From contig OZ024742.1 of NCBI GenBank assembly GCA_964016885.1, positions 248,000,001 to 248,064,000 on the forward strand: a stretch of DNA of 64,000 bases, given 5' to 3'. The translations under genes were made by a program, and so were the position numbers. Below, in pieces: positions 26,493 through 40,105 of the stretch. The notes below the pieces were generated by a model. The model ran no database searches. It saw only the letters and a list, made by a program, of their open reading frames with translations, and was not told the DNA's origin. Origin of the DNA: Eledone cirrhosa. Taxonomy: Eukaryota. Every line of letters begins with the position of its first letter. The first letter of the stretch is position 1.

Positions 26493-27944
26493 TTGTGCGT
26501 GTATGGGTGTAACATAAAGTTCATCATTCAAATCCATCTACATTCCTGCTCACACAGTAGATGTATTTCTGAAAGTGGGTTTGAAATACTGTCTGTTTGG
26601 GTGTGAGCGTGTGTTTGACTGTGCGTGTGTGTGTAAATGTTAGCATGTGTGTGTTTATATGTGTATATGTACATATGTTTGCGCGTGAGCAACTTTCACT
26701 ATATTCACAAATCAAGATACAAATATTTTGAAAGATTGAGCCTTATATTTTTACACATATAAAATCGCATACATACACATGTATACACACGTACTCACAC
26801 ACGTAAACCCGTATACATACACAGAAACATAAATTCAAACAACAATAGCAATTATAAAAATAATATTATAATATGTTATTTAAAGCACATACCAATGTAT
26901 ACGTCATTCCACATATTTATCAATGTACATTTGAATACGTATATATATATACACACACCCAAACAAATTCGCACACACATACACATATATACACGCATAC
27001 ACATACACATCCACATACACATACCCCTCCCCCCACATATATATATATATGCATGCACACATACATACATTCAAATACATACTTATATACATATATATAT
27101 ATATATGCATGCACATATACATACATTCAAACACATACTTATATACATATATATATATATATATGCATGCACACATTGATACATTCACACATACTTATAT
27201 ACATATATTCATACATATATACATATATACATACATATAGATATATAGATATATATACACACATATATGAAGCCTGTACAAATCACAGCTAAACGTATGA
27301 CAGATTCCTGGATAATAATTTCCTAAATTTTACTTCAATTTGCCAAAATAGTTTTCGCCTTAAAGCTTCCCATATTTACCATAATCTCTCACTAGTCAGA
27401 TCTAAGTAGATTCTCATGCTCTTACTAACAGACTTTCTTCACAAAGCTCCTCCTTTTCCTCTTCCTCTTGCAACACACAGGCAGACCCCCACATACACAC
27501 ACTCATAGACACACGAAAGCCCACACTCATACAAAGACACATACCCTCAAATATGCACTCTGTTTCTCTCTCCCTGTATATCTCTGTTTTTTTATCTCCT
27601 TCTTTTGCTCTCAGACATTTCTACAAAATAATTCAATTTTGGAAGATTTTCTGTGATATTTGTTGGCGGGTGTCAGTGTTATGTTTATGTATATGTGTGC
27701 CTACGTGCAGGTTTCCTTCCTTTTTATGTGTGTGGTGTGGTGATGTATGTGTTTCGTTTGTGTCAGTATTCGGGCATGTACTTTATTGTGCTTTGTGTGT
27801 GAGTTTGTGTGTGTGTGTATGCGAGCGTGTGTTCCTTTGCGAATGTGTGTATAATTCTGTTTGTGTGTGTGTGCCTTTTTGTCTGTATTAAATGTTCAAT
27901 GTTATTCCGTCTATATAATGTATGTTCGAACATTCAGTCATGTG

Positions 27945-28045
27945 GTGATGTGGTATGGGTATGTCTCACGATTATTAGGTCGTAGTTTCGATTCCTGGAC
28001 ATGGTGGTGCGCTATGCTCTTCAGTAAGACAGTTCATTTCATATG
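27945..28045 (+). mobile_element. Decayed tRNA-derived SINE (family B)
   Basis: B-box-like GTTTCGATTCC followed by a degenerate ttcagtaagacagttcatttca segment similar to 29432-29575. Confidence 0.45.
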
Positions 28046-29137
28046 GCTATTGATGATATGACTACGACAGCTGTCATTAAAACACTCGTGAAATTGTCCA
28101 TGAGATATAACCTCATTTCTGGCCAGCTTATTATAAATAGGATTGCGCTGTAAATTTAATATTTTTCCTTTTATTTTGACGTAAAATACTTTGGTCGACT
28201 CGAAGATATGTCGCGATGGGGTATGGAAATTGAACGCATGAAAGCACGAGACGAACATGCTACGGCTACGGTTAGAATCATCTTCAAACTAATTAGTTGG
28301 AATAGGTTGTGTGTATTGTGTACATTTGAGATTATTAATGACATAACCAGCTGCAAGCTGAATTAACAAACCTACAAAAAAGAACAACAATTATATTTCG
28401 TTTGTTTCAGATAACCTTTAATAAATATCTGAGGAAAATTGGATGATGACGATGGATTATTTCAGAGAAAACAATTCGAGTTGTAAGAAATGTTGCTATA
28501 TTTTTAACTTTAGTTTTCTAAATTATATGTAAATTAACACCGAAATACTAATTGTTTTATAAATAAGTATTAACAAAAAATGAGTAAAATCCAATAGAGA
28601 TATTATATGAACGTATAATTAATATATGGATGGCTTTATATATTCCTATATTTTTGCTGACACAGAATTCTATGTACACAGATAAATATACTTGTATATG
28701 CTTATTTATAGTTAGACATAGGCAAAGACATGGGCATGGTATACAACATATATATATATATATATATATAATAACTAGAGATTGATTAACATATAAAAAT
28801 ACATGAATACAAGGAATGTTAATCACTTTTAAAGGTAAATATTGCCTAAACTAGCTATGCGCAGTTACACGCAAGCTTGAATTATCTCCTGTGATTATTC
28901 ATGTATTTTTATATGTTAATCAATCTCTAGTTATTGTAATTGTTTCTACTTTAGGCACAAGGCCAGCAATTACCCAGTGCATTACTGGTACTTTATTTTA
29001 TCGACCCCGTAAATATGCTCAGATGTATTTATCTTTGAGCTTAAATTCTCAGGATATATTGGCGCATGCTTTTTGTCATGACACCCATGATTTCGATTTA
29101 GATTAAATTAATTTAATTGATTTATCTTAATTTTGGA

Positions 29138-29199
<62 letters not shown>

Positions 29200-29209
29200 A
29201 TAACATAAT

Positions 29210-29331
29210 TGTTTCTACTTTTGTCACAAGGCCAGCAATTACCCAGTGTATTACTGGTACTTTATTTTATCGACCTCATAAGGATGAAAGGCAATGTTAA
29301 CCTCGGCGGGATTTGAACTTCCGAGGTTAAC
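29210..29331 (-). mobile_element. SINE family A, 5'-truncated with 11-nt 5' inversion and TSD
   Basis: TSD tatattgtataa(c/a)ataat at 29192-29209 and 29333-29350. gttaacctcgg (29296-306) is inverted at 29321-331. Confidence 0.85.
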
Positions 29332-29431
29332 TTATATTGTATAAAATAATATGCATATATATACGCACACAATGTATATACACACGCACACACACACATA
29401 CCCACAAATATATATATATATTTATGTATAT

Positions 29432-29575
29432 GCTGAGATAGCTGAGTGGTTTGAGCATTGGACTTGCAATCCCGCGGCTACGAGTTCGTTTCTAGGCTCG
29501 GATGATGCAAGTCACTCTATTTTACTTTTCTTCACTTCATTAAGTTGTAGAAATCAGTTGCCATCTCAATTGTTC
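29432..29575 (+). mobile_element. tRNA-derived SINE (family B), decayed
   Basis: A box TAGCTGAGTGG, anticodon-like loop CTTGCAA, B box GAGTTCGTTTC, then a non-tRNA body. Confidence 0.6.
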
Positions 29576-29807
29576 CAAGCTGTATCGGCCATTGCCTTTC
29601 CATTCAAAACGATAGATGGCGTAGAGAGAGTAGTCCGGTATGCATAGGAGATTGTTGGTCTACCATAAAAACTATGAAACTTACATGTCCACCCTGGTAA
29701 ATCCCTGGGAGCAAAATCCCTGGAATTTCCCGATCGAAGGGAGACTTTAATTGACCTTATCCTTATATATGCATATATATATGTTACATGTATATATATA
29801 TATAAAT

Positions 29808-29850
<43 letters not shown>

Positions 29851-29942
29851 GGTGTGTGTGTGTGGGTGTGTGGGTGTGTTTGTGTGTGTGTGTGCGTGTA
29901 AAAAGTAAATTAAAGACTCCCTTCGATCCGGAAATACCAAGG

Positions 29943-29980
<38 letters not shown>

Positions 29981-30127
29981 CATATAACCTTCCAACCTCC
30001 AAAATGTGTTTTTATAGCAAGTCTCCTTTATGGAAGGTTTGTTATCAAAGAAGAAATATTTTTCTATACGAGAAATTATTTTTCTCTCCTTTTCTTTTGC
30101 GAACATGTCACAACGTCTCAGTGGAAT

Positions 30128-30176
30128 ATGCCCGAAGTCGCTGTTTCAAGGTTCGGTAATCACTCATCAGTGACAT
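30128..30176 (-). ncRNA. Degenerate minimal hammerhead candidate
   Basis: - strand ATGTCA-CTGATGA-GTGATTACCGAACCTT-GAAA-CAGCGAC-TTCGGGCAT. Stems imperfect. Confidence 0.35.
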
Positions 30177-30469
30177 TCACTTGAATGACATTCATATGCA
30201 TATAGATTTTTTTTTATGAATATTTGATGGATATACTCATTTGCATATAGTAAATATAAAATATCGTATGGAATGAGGTGCTTTTAGAACAAAAGGAGGA
30301 AAAATGATTTTTCCGTAATGAAATTATATTTTGCCTTTGATAGCAAGGTTGGTATTTGTTTCTTACACAATAGCTGACTAAATCCGCACGTAAGTGTTTT
30401 TTTGGTCAAACAATTTCCATTCCTCCCTCTTCTCTTTCTCTCTCGTTCTATTTCATCTTTTATTTCTCA

Positions 30470-30512
30470 TTTTATCGTCTGATGAAGGACTAGTTTCCGA
30501 AACGTAAATAAA
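30470..30512 (+). ncRNA. Minimal hammerhead candidate in a pyrimidine-rich pLTR-like repeat
   Basis: CTGATGA(30479-85)-A-GGA-ctagtt-TCC-GAAA-CG-TA. Palindromic ACGT, weak stem I. Related copy at 35163. Confidence 0.6.
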
Positions 30513-31008
30513 CATTCCCTATTATATCAAGCGTTTAAAAAAAAAGATTTCTCCATTAAACAGTGTCGTTTGGATTATTTCTGTTCCTTATTCCTTATTC
30601 CATATATATATATATATGAGTAGATCACTAAGCATTGGTAAAAAGAAATGTAGAGTGAATTTTGAAGAAACTAGAACAGGTCAGAATTTAAAATAATAAA
30701 TGCAAGAAAGAGTCTGAGAGAGAGGGGGGAGAAAGAGAGAGAGAGAGGGAGAGAGAGACACACACACATACTCGCACACACATACACAATTGATAAAGTT
30801 TAAAGGAAATTTTTATTAAAGAACTTTAGTGTTGACCATTTAGCTAGGTGTTACTTGGGCAAGTTGCCATTTTAACATAGTTTGGTGATAATTGTTCGAT
30901 GGTTATGTTGCTGAAATTGTGCCACAAGAATTAACACAATTTCTAAGTTGGGACAGATAGAAATGAAGATTAGAGAGTGATGTCAAGGTCAATGGGTTGT
31001 CTCCTAAC

Positions 31009-31057
<49 letters not shown>

Positions 31058-31163
31058 TATAATATAACATGATATATCTATATCTATATCTATATCTATA
31101 TCTATATCTCTCTCGCTCTCTCTTTCACTCTCTCTCTCTCTCTCTCACTGTATACTCTGTGTG

Positions 31164-31201
<38 letters not shown>

Positions 31202-31202
31202 C

Positions 31203-31342
31203 TTTAGTCCAGAAATAGCCGTCGAAAAGGCTTGAGCTCTGCCGTCGGGGTCATACTTTCTCCTATTACCCACTCTACTACCCTAAGTATTAAGTACTCT
31301 GGCGCGTTGTGGTCCATCTGGCTCTTTACCACAACTCCTCCG

Positions 31343-31344
<2 letters not shown>
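31203..31344 (+). mobile_element. Short 3' pLTR fragment of the 4081-6043 PLE family in (TA)n
   Basis: Diverged match to 5902-6043. Contains only the 3' half of the HHR. Confidence 0.85.
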
Positions 31345-31375
<31 letters not shown>

Positions 31376-31822
31376 GGAGGTGAGTTTTATTGTAGTGCAA
31401 TAAAGGACATTATTCTTAATTCCTTTTTCTTTAATCATAAGCATCACCATTCATAAACCTCATTAACTTTTAATTTCTTAATTTTTTTAAAATTATGAAT
31501 TATCTTACGACGGTTTTTTTTATTTATCTCCGTGAGACAGTGTTTGTCAGTATTAAAGGTTATCTCTCCCTCTCTCTCTCTCTCTCACTCATTTTCTCCT
31601 CTTCTCTCATCCTTCCTTCTTATGCTCATTCTCCGTCATCCTTTCCTTATTATTATTATTTTTTTTCTTATTATATTCTTTCTTCCTCTTCCTTACCTTT
31701 TCCTTCCCCCCTTCCTTTCCTTTTTTTCCCAATCTCATATATCCATCTTATATTATTTTTCATATGTTGATTTAACACTTCACTGCTCGCACGTGTTTTT
31801 TAAGCTTCATAACATGTCTCCC

Positions 31823-31892
31823 TATTGTATCTGATGAGGACGCAAATATTATTCCCATGATGATATTTGTTTTTGAAATGCGCATAATAAAA
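31823..31892 (+). ncRNA. Degenerate hammerhead with long stem II
   Basis: CTGATGA 31831-37. Stem II includes GCAAATATTAT/ATGATATTTGT. GAAA 31875-78, then TGCGCA-TAATAAAA. Cleavage triplet decayed. Confidence 0.5.
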
Positions 31893-31946
31893 TACATGTA
31901 ACTCTTTTAACCATCTTTTGATTTTATATTATATATATATATATAG

Positions 31947-32071
<125 letters not shown>

Positions 32072-32082
32072 GATATAGATAG

Positions 32083-32113
<31 letters not shown>

Positions 32114-32249
32114 AGTATATATACATGGTTCATTCATCGCTATTTCCTCTCTACATATTGTAATGTTATCGAGTACACAGAAAAATAATCTTGCTAATTT
32201 TTAAAATAGTTTCATCTTAAATAAATTTAGAGAGAGAAATACAAATATT

Positions 32250-33340
32250 TCTTGTGTGCAAGATTGCTGATTGTGGTTGTCCAGATGTTTTCAGAGGTTC
32301 TTCTAATTATGTAGGATGTATTACAGCACGGGCGAGCAGTGGGTGAATTAATTGTACCTCGTATCAAGGCATGGTTTCGTAGTTTGCAGCCTTCTTAAGA
32401 TATCCTGGGCTTTCATACGATATACACAGGAGTAGCTGATTTTAACCGTATGTTGGTTTAGGATTGATCTAAACCTATGAAATATGTTGAAATATTTGTC
32501 AATAAGGGCTTATGTTTATTTGCCTACGTTTTATAGAAAAGTGATTGAGAATGAAAGAGAGTAAAATATTGTTGATTTTGCAATATGTCTCCCTATAGTT
32601 AGCTGTGTCTTGTTTAGGAGAAATAGGAGAGTAACATATTTTTCTGAGAACACGCTATTGGCTAGATCAGTTTTATAACAAGGGGCTACCTTATCGAAGA
32701 TGGCTTTATTAGAACAATGTTTAGAGATGTTTACCATATGCTCTTAATGAGATTTTCAAAAATCGTAGTTGAATTGCAGACACTTGGGTATGTACCTTAG
32801 TTTTTCACTATCTTTGAGGAATGGTTTGTGTGTATGTGTGCGAAGATCTAGGGTGACATCCACGTAGTTGACGCTTGTCAGGCTCGTTTTTACTGTAATA
32901 TTTAGTCCCAAGTCATAAAATGTGGTTATCATGTTTATACTGAAGATATCTCTACACCATCGTCTGGTATAGACGCGTATGGAAATATGGGAGTTTGGCC
33001 CATAGTGAGTCCAATATATATGACACCACCGAATGGCATACATCCGCACTAATGAATGACGCCAGGGATAATGGAATATTTGAAGAGGAGGATTTCATGC
33101 AGTGGGATATAACCTGTCGGTCTATATCATCAACGCTAGTGTGGTTAGTGGTAACATCTAAGGCTTTTCTAAAAGGGTTTTAGAGATCTATAATAAAAAT
33201 CTGTGATGTTGAACTGAGTGAATTTAATGATGTTAATGTGAGACAGGGTGTTAAACCCTTCAATTTCTGTACCACAATAGTCACGCCGAGTAAGGCTAGA
33301 TTGCTTCCTTATGGTGTTAATTTTATTTCTAGGTATTGCA
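32250..33340 (-). pseudogene. Decayed Penelope-like RT (second type)
   Basis: - strand motifs in order: FTQFNITDFY, EKALD, LY(R)DDG (1-nt deletion near 32965), LGLNITVKTSLTSVNYVDVTLDL..HKPFLK, ISKHCSNKAIFDKVAPCYKTDLANS, VKISYSC. Confidence 0.8.
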
Positions 33341-35154
33341 TATTCCTAACTGTACGTGTAGCCTTTACGCATCTTATATCAAAATATATCTTAAAATAAA
33401 TATAGGTATCTAATATATACTGTGGTTGTGAAGAGCAAATGGAATCTACCGAGTTTCCATACATAATACTGTCGAACAACAGTGGTAGTATAAACAAAGA
33501 CATGTATTATATCATTGTGAGAATATCAATATTTATGTTTGCATGTTTCCTTGGATTTGGTTAATTTCTTGTAAATTAGAGTGATTTTATTTCTAAGCAT
33601 CTCTCTCTCTCGCCCTCTTTTTCTCTCCTTGTATATATTTCTGTCTGAATGGTGGTCGGTTTGTGTCTGCATGGGTCTGACTTGTGGTCGGTATGTGAAC
33701 ATGCCTGTGCCTCCCTCTGAGTATTTTTGTGTGTATCGTTGTGCGTGCGTGTTTGTATTTGCGCGTGCGAGTCTGTGTGAGTGTGTGTGTATTTGGGGTG
33801 ATTCACCTCAACAGCTTATCAAGGGATTACTACATGTTTAATCATGGGTAAAACTATCAGAGCTGCATTAATCATCAAACGATTGAAATTTAAGCAAATC
33901 GAAAAGATATTAGCAACATTTAATCCGATATTAAAGAATAATATTCAATTGATATAATTTAATTAATGTAATATCTATCATGTTGTAATACTAAGATCTG
34001 AAATCGATTTATCAGTTGAAACAATATATCGATATCCTATTAAGATCTGTAACAATCTAGCAAGCTATTTCCCAGCGTTTATCAAACAATTTAGTTAAAT
34101 AAAAATCACGTATTCTACGTATTGCATCCCACGTTCGTTTAGTCTCTCTGTATAATCTAACCCCTCTATCTCTATCTCTTCATTTTTCGAAGAATCTCCT
34201 TAAGCTTTTCTTGGGGCATTTCAAGAACAATTCAAGAACACAACATCGGATCTTGACAGCTATTGCACTAATAGCAGGGTCTTAGAACTATACCATAGCT
34301 ATTAAGCTTCAGTTTTCAGTTTCAGATGACAGTCAAACGGAACAAGGAATGAGAAATATTGACATCCTCTTAGCAAGTTAGATTGCATACTGCAGTATAT
34401 TGTGTTCCAATGCATGTCTGTGCAGCTTAAATAAACTTGCATGTATATACATCTTATGTGCAACGATCTTGCAGGTTTTGATGTCTCAGGTTTTCTTAAT
34501 CCTCAAGTTGGACAGTTTAGTACACTCTAATTCCTGCCATCTCCACGATCAATTATTCAAAGGTTTAGAGAATGTAGTCTTACAACTAAGCTCTTTTAAA
34601 ACCATGCATTGCTTATTTCTTTTCTCTCTCTAAACTCTACAATCTGTTATTAATTTTAATAACGATAGTAATAATACTATTACTATTAATGGCGCAAGTA
34701 TAATGATGGAACCTGCATCGGTTTCAAAGAAGAATGTTCTGGTTGTTCGATCAACTGTTTGTATTACAGAGACGTGCGTGCTCTCAACATAATCATTTGA
34801 TAAAAAGAAGGTAGACCCAATAGTGACAAGGCTAGCTTCTTGAATTACAATTCATCCGATAGGTTTCACACTGATTCTGTTTAATAAATTTCACTAATAG
34901 CCAACATCTAAAGTGAAAGGTATTTCCCCATGATATCAGGCAATGAGATCAAATATCAGATAAATTATTGCGAAGAGAATTGCTTATACTGAAGATTCAC
35001 GGACGCTGTTGTATTAATTCAGGGCATATTTTAGTGAATATATGTATACTAGTGCACTGAACACACACTAGCATTCTCTACAAAATATTTTTTTTCCGTT
35101 TGTTCTCCTATTCTCTCTCTCATTTATCTTTCTTTTTCTTCTTTTATATTTTCT

Positions 35155-35197
35155 TCTATTTGCTGAGGAAGGACTAACATTCGAAACGTTAAGAATC
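35155..35197 (+). ncRNA. Minimal hammerhead candidate, same family as 30470-30512
   Basis: CTGAGGA(35163-69)-A-GGA-ctaaca-TTC-GAAA-CG-TT. Palindromic AACGTT. Same pyrimidine-rich upstream context. Confidence 0.55.
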
Positions 35198-35227
35198 CCC
35201 CCCCCCCCCTCTACTATATTACATATA

Positions 35228-35358
<131 letters not shown>

Positions 35359-35777
35359 GCATATATAAGTGTGTAGAAGAAGGGATGTGTGTGTGTGTTT
35401 GGGGTGGGGGTGGGGGTAATACACATATAGGCCACAGGCCAGGTATGTTTTTATATACATTCTCTGATTCTCTTTATATATTCAGCTAGTTATAAATAGA
35501 ATTTATATAAAAACACTTCCTGCCTGTGGCCTATATTTCATACATAATTAAACTCGCAGAATGCAATAGGTCTAGTTGGCTGGTTGTAGATATGGAATAC
35601 GATCAACATGGTTATTAATAAAAGAGCATCCTAGAAGAAATGACTGGGAGGTTTAGCACCGGGATACTAGAGAAGAATTGGATGGTTATATTTTTAGCAT
35701 TATTTACACTACTTATATTATGAGACGATGTTCGATCTTATCCTTCCTATATACACACACACACATACACATATATA

Positions 35778-35838
<61 letters not shown>

Positions 35839-35840
<2 letters not shown>

Positions 35841-36047
35841 CGAAGGAAATGTGGTAAGGAACCAAGTGGACCATAACTCACCAACTACTCAATACTCAGG
35901 GTAGTAGAGTGGGTAATAGGAACGAGTAGGACCCCCGACGGCTGAGCTCAAGCCGTTTCGACGGCTAATTATGGACTAAAAAAAAAAAAAAAAAAAATTA
36001 GCCGTCGAAACGGCTTGAGCTCAGCCGTCGGGCTCCTACTCGTTCCT
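35839..36047. mobile_element. Miniature inverted (fold-back) copy of the 4081-6043 PLE pLTR in (TA)n
   Basis: 35839-35980 (-) long arm with tail, A-run spacer, 35996-36047 (+) short arm ending at gttcct. Confidence 0.85.
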
Positions 36048-36069
36048 ATATATATATATATATATACAT

Positions 36070-36118
<49 letters not shown>

Positions 36119-36121
<3 letters not shown>

Positions 36122-36701
36122 GTTTTAGAGTACGGCCACTACTTTATATCCATGTAGGAGAAACCCTACCGATGCGCTGAACGAGTGTGACTCTTTAATC
36201 CAGCCAGCGACTTGAAAACTCTGGTACAAACACTACACCTGTGACGACAATTAATGTCATATAGTGCTGGGCCCATGGTACCATGTGACGACAAGAGCAG
36301 TGAGATCTCCAGATATAAAGCAATGCCTGTGCCGTGAAGCTTTTATAGTGACCAAAGGCACTGCACAAAGCTAGTCCCACTCTCTTAACCAAGATGGTAT
36401 TTACCAAAAAGAAGAACAAGTCAACATCATTAGATACCATCAGAGTTACAGGTGTTATATCAGAGTTTCCTTCTCCTAGAATTCTGCCTTGACAAAGGCT
36501 AAGGGGTCATCTCTCCCGGTGATTTTGGATGGCCATTGACTCTTAAGAGCTCCTTTGCCCTTTGGCAGGTTTTGTTATTAGTCCTGCAGGATGTCCAAGG
36601 TCACCCTGCTCACCAAGAAACCTTGGTGGGGTTGCCAGTTTAGTCGCCAACGACCCGGCCATGAGACAGGTTGTACTGGGATACATGTTACCAGTAGCAC
36701 C
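36119..36701 (-). mobile_element. Non-autonomous bipartite RTE-derived element (5'UTR joined to 3' end)
   Basis: - strand: structured leader, TCTAGGAGAAGGAAACTCTGAT motif (typical of RTE 5'UTRs as I recall), then terminal C2H2 CSVCTRVFKSLAGLKSHTRSAHR* (36237-36166) and a short 3'UTR. (TA)n flanks. Confidence 0.65.
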
Positions 36702-37834
36702 TTATATATATGTATATATATACATATATATATATATACATACATATATGCTTGTGTGTGTGTATGTTTAAACATCTGTATATATGTATGAATGTGTGTA
36801 TGTATATGCATATATGTATATCTTATCTGTCTCTCTACACATATACACACACAGATATACATATATGTATGTATATTATTTTATGCTGCTATTAATTTAG
36901 ACATATCCAGGGCCAATACTGGCCGAAATCTATAAAAATCTTCCAAGTTATATATATATATGATGCTATCATTGTAACAGATTTGTTGTGTTAATTCAAA
37001 TGACGCGGAATACAACAAATCTGCTGATGTATGTCGATCTATTAGATGTTCTCCTTATTGCAGTTGTTGTTTTTGTTTCTACAAATCCATCCCGATCTAC
37101 CAGTCTTATGATCGAAATCATTTCAACCAATACCCACCCTTATATTTTCTGTAATTAGAACACTATTTTACATGATATCCACAATGACTTTTCTTTCATT
37201 AGTACCACAGACAAGGCCCTAATTTACACAAATCTAAATAGGTTGAGCTCTAGAGTTTCTTTGGATACTGAAGGCCTGGGTCTGAAGCTATAATAGGGCC
37301 CTACTCTAGCGTGCTATTTCAGAGAAATTCAGCTGTCATTTCTTGCAAATCGATCGAACATATGGCGGCCCTGTTAACGACGTGTGCTGAAAGTTAGAGA
37401 TTTGATACTTGACAAGACATGCTTAAATCAACTTGGCTGACAGTTTCTGACTATTAAAGAAATCATATTTAAAATTTTCTTTATTAACGATGGTCTTTGA
37501 TATTTAAGTAGCTATAGTTGCAAGATATTCTAGAAATGAATGGAACAGTAAAAGACTGAAAACTATTGAACAGACTTCCAACAAATAAAACCATTGTTAA
37601 ATAAAAATAAAAGCTAAAATCTTTAAAGAATAAATGAAATTGAAAAAATAAATTTAGAATTTCAACAAAATAGAAAAGAGTTATTAAAAAATAGACTTAA
37701 GATAATTTATGTTAGATTGGTCAAAAAGGTCTTAACATCAGCTACAGGTGAACTATCTTCCCCGTATTTTCAAGTGTGGTTGTGTGTGTGTGCCGTTTGT
37801 GGATAATATATATGTGTGCATATATATATATATA

Positions 37835-37903
<69 letters not shown>

Positions 37904-37936
37904 ATATAAATATAAATATATAAATATATATATGCA

Positions 37937-38013
<77 letters not shown>

Positions 38014-38197
38014 ATTTATATTTATATACACATATATATATAAACACACACACACACACATATGTATATGTGTCTGTGTGTGTGTGTGTGAGAGCCTGTG
38101 TGTGTGTCTGTGGTCTTGTGTGTGTGATTGTGGTTGTATGTGTGTATGTATGCATGTTGATGTGCGTTTGCTTGTCTACGTGTGTTTGTTTCTTCTT

Positions 38198-38262
<65 letters not shown>

Positions 38263-38383
38263 GTATTTTATAGTTTCGTTTCAACCATAAAATCTTTATT
38301 TTTCTCCATCCTTCCGGGCAGTATTGAATGTATTGAAGTGTGTGTCTGCGTATGTATGTGTGTCTGTGTGTGTATGCATGTAT

Positions 38384-38439
<56 letters not shown>

Positions 38440-38890
38440 TTATATATGTATGTGTGTATGTATATATGTATGTATATGTGTAATAATGACGTCGCTAAAA
38501 GATTTGTTGGATAAAATTAAGAAATATTTTTCAGCTGAATTAGTTTATGAAAGACATCATTTCCACAGAGAAAATTATAACTCTCTTTAACTCACCATAT
38601 CACACACACACGCTGGGACACACGCACACACACTAACACACACACGCGCGCGCGCACACACATAGCCTGTCTCTCACTGTCTTTCGCTCTCTCAATCGCT
38701 GTGTCTCATTCACAGTCTATCACCACCTCTCCACCAGTCCGCCCATCTGTCTTGTGGACTCTATCATTCTCTCTGTCTAGGACTTTCTTGCTCTCTCTCT
38801 CTCTCTCTGTTTCTCTTTCTCTCGCTTTCTGTTCTTCACTTCCCCCACCCCCCCGACTGAATGAGTTTCAGTGAGAATATTATAGCTTTA

Positions 38891-39077
38891 TGGCGGTGGA
38901 TTGGCAGTATCGGTAGTGGGTCGGAACCCATGCTTTGACGCATAGAGTTACGGCCCTTGCCATTCTGAGTTCAAATCCCGCCGAGGTTAACTTTGCCTTT
39001 CATCCTTACGGGTTCGATAAAATAAAGTACCAGTAATGCACTGGGTATTTGCTGGCCTTATTCCAAGAGTAGAAACG
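38891..39077 (+). mobile_element. Full-length tRNA-derived SINE (family A reference copy)
   Basis: A box TGGCAGTATCGG, B box GAGTTCAAATCC, central GCCTTTCATCCTT..TCGATAAAATAAAGTACCAG domain. 12-bp TSD attatagcttta at 38879-90 and 39078-89. Confidence 0.92.
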
Positions 39078-39354
39078 ATTATAGCTTTACGTACTGTTCC
39101 ATTATTTCATCTCTCTTTCTCTCTCTCTCTCTCTTGCGGTATCTCTCCCCCTCTCTCTCCCCCATCTCTCTCTCTCTCTCTCTTTCTCTCTCTCATTCTC
39201 TTCCTCTCTTAATGCTACACCCCGCACACGCACTCTCTCTCTTCCTGACTCACATTCTCTGCCTTTCACTTAATGTCTTCACTCATTCCCACTGTCTCTC
39301 TCTCTCTCATTAAGTCTTTCTCTCTCACCCCCCACACTCTATCTCTCTCACAAC

Positions 39355-39411
<57 letters not shown>

Positions 39412-39617
39412 TCTCTGACTCTCTGTTTCTGTTTCGCTTTCTCTTGTTCACTTTCTACGTTTTTAAATATTGATTTTCAAAATTATATCAATCATTGATT
39501 ACAATAACGAAATGATGACAACGACAACAACAACATCATTTTCAACAAATCATCAACACCAACAATTAAAACATTAACAACAATAATAAACGATGGTAAT
39601 AATAATAAAAATGATAA

Positions 39618-39670
<53 letters not shown>

Positions 39671-39673
39671 TAA

Positions 39674-40105
39674 GGGAAGAAGACGCACGAGGTGACGGAG
39701 GTCATGAAATCGCTCCCGTAAGTTTTGAATTTTTAACATATTTAAACCATTTGTGAAATAACAACTCTTAGTACAAATGCTACGTAAAGCACCCGGCTTG
39801 AGCCCCAAAAAATTCGGACCCAAAATATATTGTTATAAGGCTCAAATATTCAAATATTCAACTTTGTATTGTACACTGTATATCCAAAAAAGAAAATGGC
39901 TATAAATGGAAGAAGAACCCCCCCCCCCTCCTCCTCTGTATACACTATATAGAACAGCCAAACTCACCAACACCAGAAACTAGATACACCACCCACCCTA
40001 TCACCTGTGTACACTAAACCACCACCGATCACTACGGCCATCATTACAACCATTATCCCATCACCGCCGCCACCACCCCTTCACTCCTTCACTGCTGCCA
40101 CCGCT
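39674..40105 (+). repeat. Unclassified interspersed module abutting (TAA)n, copy 1
   Basis: Homologous to the reverse complement of 60795-61400. First 21 nt identical (GGGAAGAAGACGCACGAGGTG). Confidence 0.8.

Noticed and set aside
28177-28450. Possible exons DVKYFGRLEDMSRWGMEIERMKARDEHATAT / ITFNKYLRKIG*
   Set aside because: No acceptor AG or start for the first piece and no recognisable homology.
29432-29505. tRNA-Cys-like gene
   Set aside because: Acceptor and T stems pair poorly and the sequence continues into a SINE body. Treated as a SINE head.
36540-36700. Canonical HDV-like ribozyme in the RTE leader (also tried at 40537-40655 and 60300-60420)
   Set aside because: P1- and P4-like helices are present, but no 3-bp P3 with a 7-nt L3 in the required order. 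Kept only as a structured-leader note.
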